DNA from: Candidatus Latescibacterota bacterium
GTDB lineage: Bacteria; Latescibacterota; UBA2968; GCA-2709665
Assembly (NCBI GenBank): GCA_965203805.1
Contig: OZ241917.1
Coordinates: forward strand, 3,872,001-3,936,000
Length of the DNA: 64,000 bases
Direction of reading: 5' to 3'
Shown: piece by piece, positions 1 through 8,650 of the stretch
Layout: every line of letters begins with the position of its first letter
Numbering within the stretch: the stretch's first letter is position 1
Translations under genes and position numbers: made by a program
The notes under the pieces: generated by a model
The model's input: the letters and a program-made list of their open reading frames with translations, nothing else
What the model was told of the DNA's origin: nothing
Databases searched by the model: none

Positions 1-54
1 TCCTTTTAATCGAGATTTAATTTAATCGAATGCACCAGACCCGTCAACTGTCAC

Positions 55-606
55 AAAAAAGCTGTCAGCGGTCAGCCATCAGCGCTCAGCAAAAAGCAAA
101 AGGCAAAGACCAAACTGCAAATCGTAAACTGCGCCGCTCGGAGCAGGGCCGGGACCTACCCCCTGACCCCCTTCCTGAAGGAAGGGGGAAGCGGGATTCT
201 ATCGCGGTGTCCTGGTTTTGCCTCAAGCTGTCTGCTCCCCCTCTCCCCTTGGGAGAGGGGGTTGGGGGGTGAGGGCATCCCCCCGGGAGAGGGGGCCGGA
301 GGGAGAGGTCTGCGTAAATTCGGTGAGACGTAAGAGGGTAGACGGTAGATGACGTCTTTGCCCGATTGGTTCTTCCACTATGCCTGCGGCAAGAGATGAT
401 ACCGAACAGGCAATCATGTCTTCTCCCGTCTCCCGTCTAACGTCTCCCCGCCTTTAGGGAATTTGGGGAAAAGGGGTTTTGAATTTGATGTTCGACTTCG
501 ATTCAAGCTGTTCCCTGCCTTTTCCTTTGTGTCTTCGTGTCTTTGTGTGAGCGGTTTTCGCTCTTGCTTCAAGCTGAATGCTGAAAGCTGACCGCTGATT
601 GCTGTT
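55..606. repeat. Intergenic cluster of short repeats and REP-like palindromes
   Basis: Inverted pair of TCAGC-containing 7-mer runs (~61-90 and ~572-604); CCCCTCTCCC..GGGAGAGGGG hairpin (~237-260); tctcccg heptamers (~422-450); ctttgtgt-type octamers (~525-548). No credible ORF. Confidence 0.55.
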
Positions 607-642
607 TTTCTCCCCTCTTATCGCCTTTAGGAGACCTTCTCC

Positions 643-1920
643 ATGACGACTGGAGAGGCCTCCACGATTCATCCTGCACAGGGTTCGAGCGCCGCGCCAG
701 TCCCGCAGACGGAACGCATCGACTCGATCGACGTCCTGCGCGGCTTCGCCCTGCTCGGCATCCTCGTGATGAACATCCAGGCATTTGCCATGCCCCAGAC
801 GGCGTACTTCAACCCGACCGCGTACGGCGACCTCACCGGCGCGAACCGCTACGTCTGGATCGCGGGCCGTATGTTCGCCGACCAGAAGTTCATGACCATC
901 TTCTCGATGCTGTTCGGCGCGGGCATCGTCCTGATGACGGCGCGGGCCGAGGCTCGCGGTGACGGCCGCAGGGTGCATTACCGCCGCATGAGATGGCTGC
1001 TGGTCATCGGGCTTCTCCATGGATACCTTCTCTGGTGGGGCGATATCCTCTTCCATTACGCGGTCTGCGGGATGCTGGTGTACCCGCTGCGCCGGCAGTC
1101 GCCGGGAAGGCTGATCGCAATCGGATTGGCGCTGCTCGTGGCTGCTTCCGCGTTCTGGGGCCTGGTGGGCCTGTCATTTCCGTACTGGCCGGAGGAGGTA
1201 CGCACCGAGATCGAGGAAGAAGCCTGGCGGCCGACGCCGGAGAAGATCGACACGGAACTCGCCACGTACCGCGGCGGCTGGCTCGATCAGTTGCCGCACC
1301 GTTCGGCGACCGCGCTGGGTATGCAGACGTTATTGCTGATCATTTGGGTTGTATGGCGCGCCGGCGGGTTGATGCTGATCGGGATGGCGCTTTTCAAGAA
1401 AGAGGTGTTCAGCGCGCGGCGCTCGTCCGGCTTCTACGCGGCGCTGATCGCCGTGGCGGCCGTGGTCGGCCTTCCGCTACAGGCATACGGAATCTCACTC
1501 AGTTTTGCGGACGCATGGTCGTTCGGTTCGCTATTCGTAGACACGCAACTCGTCTACTGGGCGAGCATCGCGGTCGGGCTCGGCTACGTCGGCGCCGTCA
1601 TGCTGGCGTGCCGGACGGCGGCGCTTCGCCGCGTCACGCGTCCGTTCGCGGCCGTGGGCCAGACCGCCCTCACCAACTACCTGCTGCAGACGGTCATCTG
1701 TACGACGATCTTCTACGGACACGGCCTCGGTCTGTTCGGCGCCGTGGACCGCGTTGGGCAGGTTGGCGTCATGGCTGGCGTCTGGGCGGTGCAGCTCATC
1801 GCGTCGCCGCTTTGGCTGAGGCGGTTTCGCTTGGGTCCCGTCGAGTGGCTCTGGCGGTCGCTCACCTACCGCGCGCGCCAGCCCATGCGGCGGAACCCGG
1901 TCCCGTTAACCGCGGAGTGA
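643..1920 (+). CDS. DUF418 (YeiB-like) multi-pass membrane protein
   Basis: N-terminal RIDSIDVLRGFALLGILVMNI and KFMTIFSMLFGAG; C-terminal GQTALTNYLLQT and GPVEWLWRSLTY motifs; AGGAG RBS upstream. Confidence 0.9.
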   Translation: MTTGEASTIHPAQGSSAAPVPQTERIDSIDVLRGFALLGILVMNIQAFAMPQTAYFNPTAYGDLTGANRYVWIAGRMFADQKFMTIFSMLFGAGIVLMTARAEARGDGRRVHYRRMRWLLVIGLLHGYLLWWGDILFHYAVCGMLVYPLRRQSPGRLIAIGLALLVAASAFWGLVGLSFPYWPEEVRTEIEEEAWRPTPEKIDTELATYRGGWLDQLPHRSATALGMQTLLLIIWVVWRAGGLMLIGMALFKKEVFSARRSSGFYAALIAVAAVVGLPLQAYGISLSFADAWSFGSLFVDTQLVYWASIAVGLGYVGAVMLACRTAALRRVTRPFAAVGQTALTNYLLQTVICTTIFYGHGLGLFGAVDRVGQVGVMAGVWAVQLIASPLWLRRFRLGPVEWLWRSLTYRARQPMRRNPVPLTAE

Positions 1921-2020
1921 CCGCCAAGGGTTCAGGGCGGGCGAAGTCCACCTGACTGGAAAGATCTCTCTCGTGCCGATCGCGCCTGTTTGCGGGATTC
2001 CAAAAAACGGATCGCCCCGC

Positions 2021-2049
2021 TTGACAGGGCGAGGCGACCGGGCTAAATT
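2021..2049 (+). promoter_or_regulatory. sigma70-type promoter (copy of the tmRNA promoter)
   Basis: TTGACA (2021-2026), 17-bp spacer, TAAATT (2044-2049); flanks nearly identical to 2522-2560. Confidence 0.7.
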
Positions 2050-2145
2050 TTGAACAGTTGGGCGACACCATCTGCCCCAACCTTGAATTCGAAATCGTAA
2101 ATTCCCTCTCCCATTCAGTATTGGTGTTGTTGAAAAGGATACAAG

Positions 2146-2358
2146 ATGAACGAGGTGGAAACCAGAGTTACGGATCTTGACAGTCGCCAAGCCAGACTCG
2201 AAGGCGTCATCGAACAGGTCAATGAGCGCCTGAACAGCATTGACAGGCGTTTGGATGGACAGCAACAATGGTTGCGATGGATTGTCGGGATCCAGATCAC
2301 GTCCTTCGTTACACTGGGCAGTCTTATCATTACCGTCGTTTTGAAACTCTATTCATGA
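2146..2358 (+). CDS. Small coiled-coil protein with C-terminal TM helix (XhlA/DUF1640-like)
   Basis: 70 aa; heptad-rich N-terminus, hydrophobic C-terminus (WLRWIVGIQITSFVTLGSLIITVVL); AAGGA RBS. Confidence 0.7.
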   Translation: MNEVETRVTDLDSRQARLEGVIEQVNERLNSIDRRLDGQQQWLRWIVGIQITSFVTLGSLIITVVLKLYS

Positions 2359-2529
2359 CCGTTACCCAAGGCTCTGGATGAATCCAGGCCCATCCTCGAT
2401 ACCCTCCAGAAGTTCCCCGCCATCCAGATTTCCACCGTCCGTTTTCCTGCACGCTTCCAGATTGAAGTTTCAGGACGGTTTTCCATCCCTGCCTTTGCCC
2501 ACTGTATAGCCCGGAAAAGACCGCCCCGC

Positions 2530-2558
2530 TTGACAGGGCGAGGCTGCCGGGCTATATT
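2530..2558 (+). promoter_or_regulatory. sigma70-type promoter of tmRNA
   Basis: TTGACA (2530-2535), 17-bp spacer, TATATT (2553-2558), about 40 nt before the mature tmRNA 5' end. Confidence 0.8.
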
Positions 2559-2599
2559 TTCATCGGTCCGGGCGACCAGGCGAATCGGGCTTATCGTGT

Positions 2600-2959
2600 G
2601 GGGGCGACCTGGATTCGACGGGGGTGGAGAGGCGATGGCTGCGTGTCGAGGTCCCATAACCTCGTTAAATCGTGGGAACACTCTATAATTGCGGACGATA
2701 CGTACGCAATGGCTGCGTAACGAAAACGCAGCCCGTTCCGCCGGGCTTCGCCCGCAGGGCCCGACCGGAGCGCCGACTAATGCGGGCTGGCTCGCGGACC
2801 TCCGTTCGAGGGTGCGAGAGCGAGAGCTGTTCGAACTGGCGTGCCGGCAACCCCGTTTACCGGGGCGCCGTCGCGTGAGATTCAAAAGGTAAACTACACA
2901 CGTAGACGCTGTCGTTGATCTGCTTTCGGACGCGGGTTCGATTCCCGCCGCCTCCACCA
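2600..2959 (+). ncRNA. ssrA: tmRNA; tag peptide (A)ADDTYAMAA encoded at 2691-2720
   Basis: 5' GGGGGCGACCTGGATTCGAC and 3' GGTTCGATTCCCGCCGCCTCCACCA; acceptor stem with G3:U70 alanine identity pair; ATAATT followed by GCG resume codon and tag ending in AA-stop; 360 nt. Confidence 0.97.
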
Positions 2960-3235
2960 TACAATCCCCTCAATCCGTTGTCTTCAGTCAATCGACCGGC
3001 CGGACAAATCATACCCCCTGTTGATTTACCGAAGTCCGGCTTTTCCGTTTTACACGCCAATCTGCAGAGCCCCCGTCGCGTTGTCGTATCAACAGCTTTC
3101 CTGTCTCCAGACCAACCTCGGCCCGCAGGCGCACGTCAGTGCGCACCGCAAACAGCAGCGCCGGACCACCTGGTTTCGTCATTCCTTCCATAGCCGCTAA
3201 TTGCGCCATGAAGCGTTCGTTAACCTCCCGTAGAA

Positions 3236-4678
3236 GTGAAGCGCCCGACCATCACCGGCAGCCGAATCGGGCAAGAATACCATAGCCGGTATGGATCCGC
3301 CCGGATGAGCACGAACACACTGACGGCATCGCACTGCGACCGAGCCATATGCGGCACGTCCCGGCGCCACGCCAGGCGTTGTCCGGAGGTTGCGCGTCTC
3401 CTCCGGACGGTCGGATTCGTACTGGTATCCGCGGCGGCGCTTAGCGCATGCCGTACCGACGAGAAACGCGCCGCAAGCACCTCAGAATGCGTGTCGTGTC
3501 ACCGGGAAACGACGCCGAACATCGTCAAGGACTGGGAATTGAGCCAGCACCGCGTAAGGGGCGTGGACTGCGCCATGTGCCATGGGTCCGAGCATCGTTC
3601 GGCAGAGGACGTTGAGCTTGTCAAGACCGCCACACCGGATGTCTGCGCCACCTGCCACCCGGTCCAGACAGACCAATTCAAGGCTGGCAAACACGCGTTG
3701 GCATGGGCCAGCATGGAGGCCATGCCAACGACCCATTGGCTGCCCATGGCGCTCACCGGCGGCATGAAGGGATGTGGAGGATGCCACCAGGTTGGGATCA
3801 AGAGTGAAGAGCAGATTCGCCGGTTGAAGGATGAAGGCATCCGGTTTGGTCTGGCCTCCTGCGACGCCTGTCACACCAGGCATCTCTTTTCCGTGAAGGA
3901 AGCGCGGGAGCCTCAAGCCTGCCGCACGTGCCATATGGGCATGGACCATCCTCAGTGGGAGATGTATTCTTCGTCGAAGCACGGCGTCCGGCATGCGCTC
4001 AAACAGAGCGGAACGTTGCCCGCGGAAGCCGCGGCCCCGACCTGCCAGACGTGTCACATGCCCAAAGGGGACCATGAAGTGCGGACGGCCTGGGGCTTCC
4101 TCGCCGTCCGGCTTCCCATGCCGGAGGACGAGCGGTGGGCGGCCGACCGGGCCACCATTCTCACGGCCCTCGGCGTATTGGATCCGGAGGGAAATCCGAC
4201 CGCGCGGCTGGACGTTGTCAAAAAAGCAGACGTTGCCCGGCTCACGCAGGAAGACTGGCAAAGGGAGAGAGACCGGATGATTCACGTTTGCGAACAGTGC
4301 CATTCCGGCAATCTCGTCCGCGCCGAAATGAAGAAGGGCGACGACATGGTTCGCGAAACCGACCGGCTGCTGGCCGAGGCGATCCGCATCATCGCGGGCC
4401 TGTACAAAGACGGGACGCTTCGCAAGCCGGACCACTACGCGTACGACTATCCCGACCTGCTGGCGTTCCACGACGCGCCCACCGTCATCGAACAGAGACT
4501 CTTCAAAATGCACCTGGAACACAGAATGAGGGCGTTTCAGGGGACGTTTCACAACAATCCCGATTACGCGCTCTGGTACGGTTGGAGCGAGATGCTTCAG
4601 GATCTGACCGAGATCAGGACCCTGGCGGAAGAGATGCGCGGAAACCATCAGCGGATGCCCCGGAACCCGTCCGAGTGA
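3236..4678 (+). CDS. Octaheme cytochrome c, hydroxylamine oxidoreductase (HAO)-like, probable lipoprotein; true start likely downstream of 3236
   Basis: Eight CxxCH motifs (CVSCH, CAMCH, CATCH, CGGCH, CDACH, CRTCH, CQTCH, CEQCH); HAO-family CHTRHLFS and CHMGMDHPQWEMYSSSKHG; lipobox-like LSAC. Confidence 0.88.
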   Translation: MKRPTITGSRIGQEYHSRYGSARMSTNTLTASHCDRAICGTSRRHARRCPEVARLLRTVGFVLVSAAALSACRTDEKRAASTSECVSCHRETTPNIVKDWELSQHRVRGVDCAMCHGSEHRSAEDVELVKTATPDVCATCHPVQTDQFKAGKHALAWASMEAMPTTHWLPMALTGGMKGCGGCHQVGIKSEEQIRRLKDEGIRFGLASCDACHTRHLFSVKEAREPQACRTCHMGMDHPQWEMYSSSKHGVRHALKQSGTLPAEAAAPTCQTCHMPKGDHEVRTAWGFLAVRLPMPEDERWAADRATILTALGVLDPEGNPTARLDVVKKADVARLTQEDWQRERDRMIHVCEQCHSGNLVRAEMKKGDDMVRETDRLLAEAIRIIAGLYKDGTLRKPDHYAYDYPDLLAFHDAPTVIEQRLFKMHLEHRMRAFQGTFHNNPDYALWYGWSEMLQDLTEIRTLAEEMRGNHQRMPRNPSE

Positions 4679-5292
4679 CCGACTTCACCATCATCCTGAG
4701 TATCTTGGCGGTTGCAACCCTCGGCGCGATCGTATTTCTCGTTCGCAGACCCGAACTGGCGTCCAATCTGGGGGGAAAGGTCCTCGCGTTCCTGGCGCTC
4801 TGCATCCTGCCGGGACTCCTGCTGATCGGCGGCGCGGAACGCCACTACGAACAGGCCAAGACCACGACGTTCTGTGTTTCCTGTCACGTGATCCGGCCCT
4901 ACGCCGAGAGTCTCCTTATAGACCATCCGCGCTTCCTTCCCGCGTCGCACTTTCAGAACCGGCGAATACCCGCCGAGCGTGCCTGTTATACCTGCCACAC
5001 CAACTACACGATGTTCGGGGACGTCGACGACAAGGTCAGAGGCGTGCGGCACGTGTGGCACGCCGTGTTGGGTACCGGGTCCGATCCGGTCGTGCTGTAC
5101 AAGCCGTTCGAGAATCTCGCCTGTCTGAATTGCCACGAAGGCGCCCGCTCTTACGCGGAGCAGGTAGCCCATGTCCCATTCAGGACGCAACTGGCGGAAG
5201 GTGAAATGTCATGCCTGATGTGCCACAACCTGATTCACGCGGTCGACAAGCTGGACCGGTTTCCGCGGTGGGATCCGGTGTCAGCACGATGA
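4675..5292 (+). CDS. NapC/NirT-family membrane-anchored tetraheme cytochrome c
   Basis: GTG start overlaps upstream stop (GTGA); two N-terminal TM segments; TTTFCVSCH, CYTCH, CLNCH, CLMCH. Confidence 0.85.
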   Translation: MTDFTIILSILAVATLGAIVFLVRRPELASNLGGKVLAFLALCILPGLLLIGGAERHYEQAKTTTFCVSCHVIRPYAESLLIDHPRFLPASHFQNRRIPAERACYTCHTNYTMFGDVDDKVRGVRHVWHAVLGTGSDPVVLYKPFENLACLNCHEGARSYAEQVAHVPFRTQLAEGEMSCLMCHNLIHAVDKLDRFPRWDPVSAR

Positions 5293-5543
5293 GCCGGCTT
5301 CGGATGCGCGGCCTGCGGACCGGAATTGCCGGGCGCCTCCAGGCGTCGGGATTGCTGATTGCATCGGGGCTCGCGCTCAAACTCGTCACGCTGTTCTGGA
5401 ACCATCCGATATCACTTTTCCTCTTCCTGATCCCGGGATCCCTGCTGGTGGGCGCAGGCATAGTGCTCTACCTTTGGTCCATCGTGACCAGGGCGGGGAA
5501 ATCGGACGCCAACGAAGAACGCGACCGACCTGCCACGCCTTGA
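5289..5543 (+). CDS. Small two-TM membrane protein
   Basis: ATGA overlap with the previous stop; 84 aa with two hydrophobic stretches. Confidence 0.65.
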   Translation: MSRLRMRGLRTGIAGRLQASGLLIASGLALKLVTLFWNHPISLFLFLIPGSLLVGAGIVLYLWSIVTRAGKSDANEERDRPATP

Positions 5544-5603
5544 GGCGCCCAACCGCGGACAACGCCGGCGCCAGCGATGTGTTCGGACGACGCCCTTCCG
5601 CAG

Positions 5604-5629
5604 GGGTTCGATTCCCGCCGCCTCCACCA
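5604..5629 (+). repeat. att-site copy of the tmRNA 3' end
   Basis: Identical to 2934-2959. Confidence 0.9.
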
Positions 5630-5659
5630 ATTATTCCACGGCTTGTAATCCATCATATA

Positions 5660-5803
5660 AACGAACTCAGGGCCGGGTGAAGTCCGTTGCGTCCATTCGC
5701 GATTGACATCACCCGGCTCCGGTGCGTTCAGTGCGCCTGGCATCCTGAGCCGCTCCCTGAGCATGCGTTGCCCTGAGCTTGTCGAAGGGTCGAAGGGTCA
5801 AAA
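5660..5803 (+). repeat. Direct repeat copy 1 (~140 bp) flanking the AbiE cassette
   Basis: Near-identical to 6784-6922; ends in CCTGAGCTTGTCGAAGGG REP-like unit. Confidence 0.9.
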
Positions 5804-5933
5804 AGGGCACCGGAACGCGGGTGTTTTCCATATTGTGGCAGCGTGATTTCGATTTTTCTTGCCCTTTCGACCAGAATCAGACATAATATTATCACTTATT
5901 ATTAAATATAGACAATTTGTCCGAGCCCGAACC

Positions 5934-6527
5934 ATGCAAAGGCGAGCCGAAGAGATATTCCGCCGGCACGGCGGCCAACTTCGCATGAGCGAAGCACTGG
6001 CGCAAGGGATCACGCGCTACACGCTTTACACGCTGAGGGACCGGGGTGTTGTGGAGCCGGTGAGCAGGGGCATCTACCGGCTGGCGGAACTGCCTCCCTT
6101 CGGCAACCCGGACTTTGTGACCGTTAGCCTGCGCTTTCCAAACGCCGTAATCTGTCTTGTCTCCGCGCTGACGTTTCATGACCTGACGACCCAGATCCCC
6201 CGTGCGGTTTCCGTGGCGGTGCCGCGGGGGTCGCGTGCGCCGTCGCTGGACTACCCGCCTGTTCGCGCGCACAGGATCTCCACCGAAGCCTATGAGAACG
6301 GCATCCAAACACATCGGATCGATGGCGTGAATGTCAAAATCTACAGCCGCGAAAAGACCCTGGCCGACTGTTTCAAATTCCGCAATCGGATCGGGATGGA
6401 CGTCGTACTTGAGGCGCTGAGGTTTTACAGGGAACGAAACGGATTCGATCTCGGCGCTGTGCTCGCCTGCGCAAGGGTCTGTCGGGTGGAGAACGTGATG
6501 CGGCCCTATCTTGAGGCTATGCTGTGA
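5934..6527 (+). CDS. Type IV toxin-antitoxin AbiEi-family antitoxin / transcriptional regulator
   Basis: N-terminal wHTH (VSRGIYRL), VICLVSALTFHDLTTQIP, KIYSREKTLADCFKFRNRIGMDVVLEAL. Confidence 0.9.
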   Translation: MQRRAEEIFRRHGGQLRMSEALAQGITRYTLYTLRDRGVVEPVSRGIYRLAELPPFGNPDFVTVSLRFPNAVICLVSALTFHDLTTQIPRAVSVAVPRGSRAPSLDYPPVRAHRISTEAYENGIQTHRIDGVNVKIYSREKTLADCFKFRNRIGMDVVLEALRFYRERNGFDLGAVLACARVCRVENVMRPYLEAML

Positions 6528-6766
6528 CGCCGCCCCGAAACGTGCCCGCCTCGGTTCGACAACGGCTCCTCAATCGGGCCAGGAGCGACCGGCGTCCGTT
6601 CAATGAGCTCTTGCAATACTTCGCCATGGAGCGGTTTCTCTATCGGCTTTCCCGATCCGACCATGTTGTAGCCTCAATCGCTGAATTCCTTTCGCCTATC
6701 ACCGCGGCCGTTTCCTCTGGACATCCATCACCGATCCGCTGGAACGCGCCTGGTCCGTGGACCTGA
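6524..6766 (+). pseudogene. AbiEii nucleotidyltransferase toxin, internally deleted
   Basis: GTGA overlap with the antitoxin; AbiEii N-terminus (ASVRQRLLN..FNELLQYFAMERFLYRLS) joined in frame to an AbiEii-like C-terminus (IAEFLSPI..WNAPGPW); only 80 aa. Confidence 0.8.
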
Positions 6767-6783
6767 GCGGACGACCTTGATTG

Positions 6784-6922
6784 AACGTACTCAGGGCCGG
6801 GTGAAGTCCGTTGCGTCCATTCGCGATTGACATCACCCGGCTCTGACGCGTTCAGTGCGCCTGCCATCCTGAGCCGCTCCCTGAGCTTGTCGAAGGGTCG
6901 AAGGGTCGGCGAAGGGTCAAAA
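6784..6922 (+). repeat. Direct repeat copy 2 flanking the AbiE cassette
   Basis: Near-identical to 5660-5803. Confidence 0.9.
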
Positions 6923-7031
6923 TACGTCACATGCGTCAACCCGGCGACGTTGGTGCTCCTTTGTAGCATTTTGCGGCACTTCGGCGCCGGATCATTGACG
7001 AATGGCCGCAGAATGCGACACTCGCGCGGAC

Positions 7032-7060
7032 TTGACAGAACAAATCTTCGCACTTATATT
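7032..7060 (+). promoter_or_regulatory. sigma70-type promoter with no adjacent long ORF
   Basis: TTGACA (7032-7037), 17 bp, TATATT (7055-7060). Confidence 0.55.
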
Positions 7061-7642
7061 CTGGCGGCTTCCGCCGCTCCAGCCCTCGCGTGCGGACAGC
7101 AGGGACTGGAGAACGTGAAGAGATGATGCCTTTCTAATTCAAACGCTCCGGGTTCTGGCCTGCTTCGTTCCGACCGTAGCTCCCATTTATCCTGATTGAC
7201 TGGCAGATGTTCGTTTTCGGATCAGGGAAAGGGCATCCAGTTGACGCTATGGGATCAGGAATTACCGTGAAGCGAGACTTTGAGAGTCAGAATGTTCTGT
7301 AGCATACTTAGACGTTATGTTTGAGTTGTCTTTGCCCACGGCTTTCGTTCCGAATCCGTGCGAGGTCGGATCCACGTTTCATAAGCACCAGTTAGCCAAT
7401 AGGAGGCTGGCTGTGCCGGCGTTCGTTTCTAGTAACGGACGCGTTTTCCGAATCATGCAAAACGAACGAGGGTTTCAGACTGGCAATCGGTGCCCCTTCA
7501 AGATCGGAATAAGCGGCCTGTTTACGTGTTCGTCCTACGCCGGCCACTTGATCAGTCGAACCGATCGTCTGCCAGCTCCTCGTAACATGTCGAACTAAAT
7601 CACGCGCCTCCGGCACCGCCGGGGGCGTATTTCGTGTTGGCC

Positions 7643-8650
7643 ATGAGCAATCGAGAGTTGGTTTCCGTCATCATTCCAACGTATAATCGGGCGAGTTATC
7701 TGGTGCAGTCGCTGGAAAGTGTATTGGCTCAATCGTACCGGAACCTCGAAGTAATCGTTGTTAACGATGGCTCCACTGATGAGACAAGAGCGATATTGGA
7801 GCCTTACCGTAATCGAATTGCGTACTACGAAAAAACAAACGGCGGCAAATCATCAGCGTTGAATCTGGGACTCAAATACATTTCGGGAGAGTATGTCTGG
7901 GTTTTTGATGACGACGACGTCGCACTGCCTGAACTGGTCGAGTCCCATATGTCGGTTTTTGAATCCCAACCCCAGGTCGATTTCGTATATAGCGGATATG
8001 CGTTTTTTGAGGGCAAAGACTCAGACAACGTCATCGAGACGGTCAAGGCTCGTGCATATCCGGATCGTGAGATGGTGGGCGAACTGCTGAATGGGAATTT
8101 CATCAGTGGCGTTTCAGTCGTAGTCCGAAAACGATGTTACGATCGTGTGGGATGTTATGATGAACGGCTGATTCGCGCTCAGGACTACGATATGTGGATC
8201 CGCCTGGCACGCGCAGGTTTTAAAGCGGGCGTAATAGGACGGCCGTTAGTGAGGGTGCGTAAACACGAAGGCTTGCGGGGATCTGAAGAGGACCGGTTTG
8301 ACACCTCCGTTTTGATGGAAAAACACCTGGAGTATCATCGAATAATCATGCAAAAGGTTTATTGGGAAGTCCCGTTGGATGTCATCTCGCCGGAAATGGC
8401 GGATGCTCCGGATGATCCGAAACGAATCTTGCGGGCGTTGTTGAAGCGCACCTGGATTGTGGCCAATAGAATGTTGGTGGATGAGACCACCCGAGATCTT
8501 CGTATCGTTCGTGACCACCTTTCGCAATATGAAAAATTGCGCCTGGATGATCGTCAAAGGTCATTTCTTTCTGCATTGAAGGACTACGCGGGCAGACGAA
8601 GACAGTCCGAGATTGTGTCGTTGAGTGAGCTCTTATTACAATCTGCATGA
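7643..8650 (+). CDS. Glycosyltransferase family 2 with C-terminal helical extension
   Basis: VSVIIPTYNR, IVVNDGSTD, FDDDD, QDYDMWIRL motifs. Confidence 0.93.
   Translation: MSNRELVSVIIPTYNRASYLVQSLESVLAQSYRNLEVIVVNDGSTDETRAILEPYRNRIAYYEKTNGGKSSALNLGLKYISGEYVWVFDDDDVALPELVESHMSVFESQPQVDFVYSGYAFFEGKDSDNVIETVKARAYPDREMVGELLNGNFISGVSVVVRKRCYDRVGCYDERLIRAQDYDMWIRLARAGFKAGVIGRPLVRVRKHEGLRGSEEDRFDTSVLMEKHLEYHRIIMQKVYWEVPLDVISPEMADAPDDPKRILRALLKRTWIVANRMLVDETTRDLRIVRDHLSQYEKLRLDDRQRSFLSALKDYAGRRRQSEIVSLSELLLQSA

Larger units (their letters stand above)
2960..5629. mobile_element. Integrase-less islet inserted at the tmRNA 3' end
   Basis: 26-bp exact direct repeat GGGTTCGATTCCCGCCGCCTCCACCA at 2934-2959 and 5604-5629 encloses three genes; no recombinase ORF inside. 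Confidence 0.8.

Noticed and set aside
993-5190. Long alternative-frame and antisense ORFs (993-1955, 2349-2960, 3482-4648, 4648-5190, N-terminal part of 4135-5292)
   Set aside because: Shadow ORFs of GC-rich genes or of tmRNA, with no family motifs.
5581-5629. Possible tRNA gene ending in CCA
   Set aside because: Only the T-arm and acceptor 3' strand are present, identical to the tmRNA 3' end; there is no matching 5' strand, so it is an att copy.
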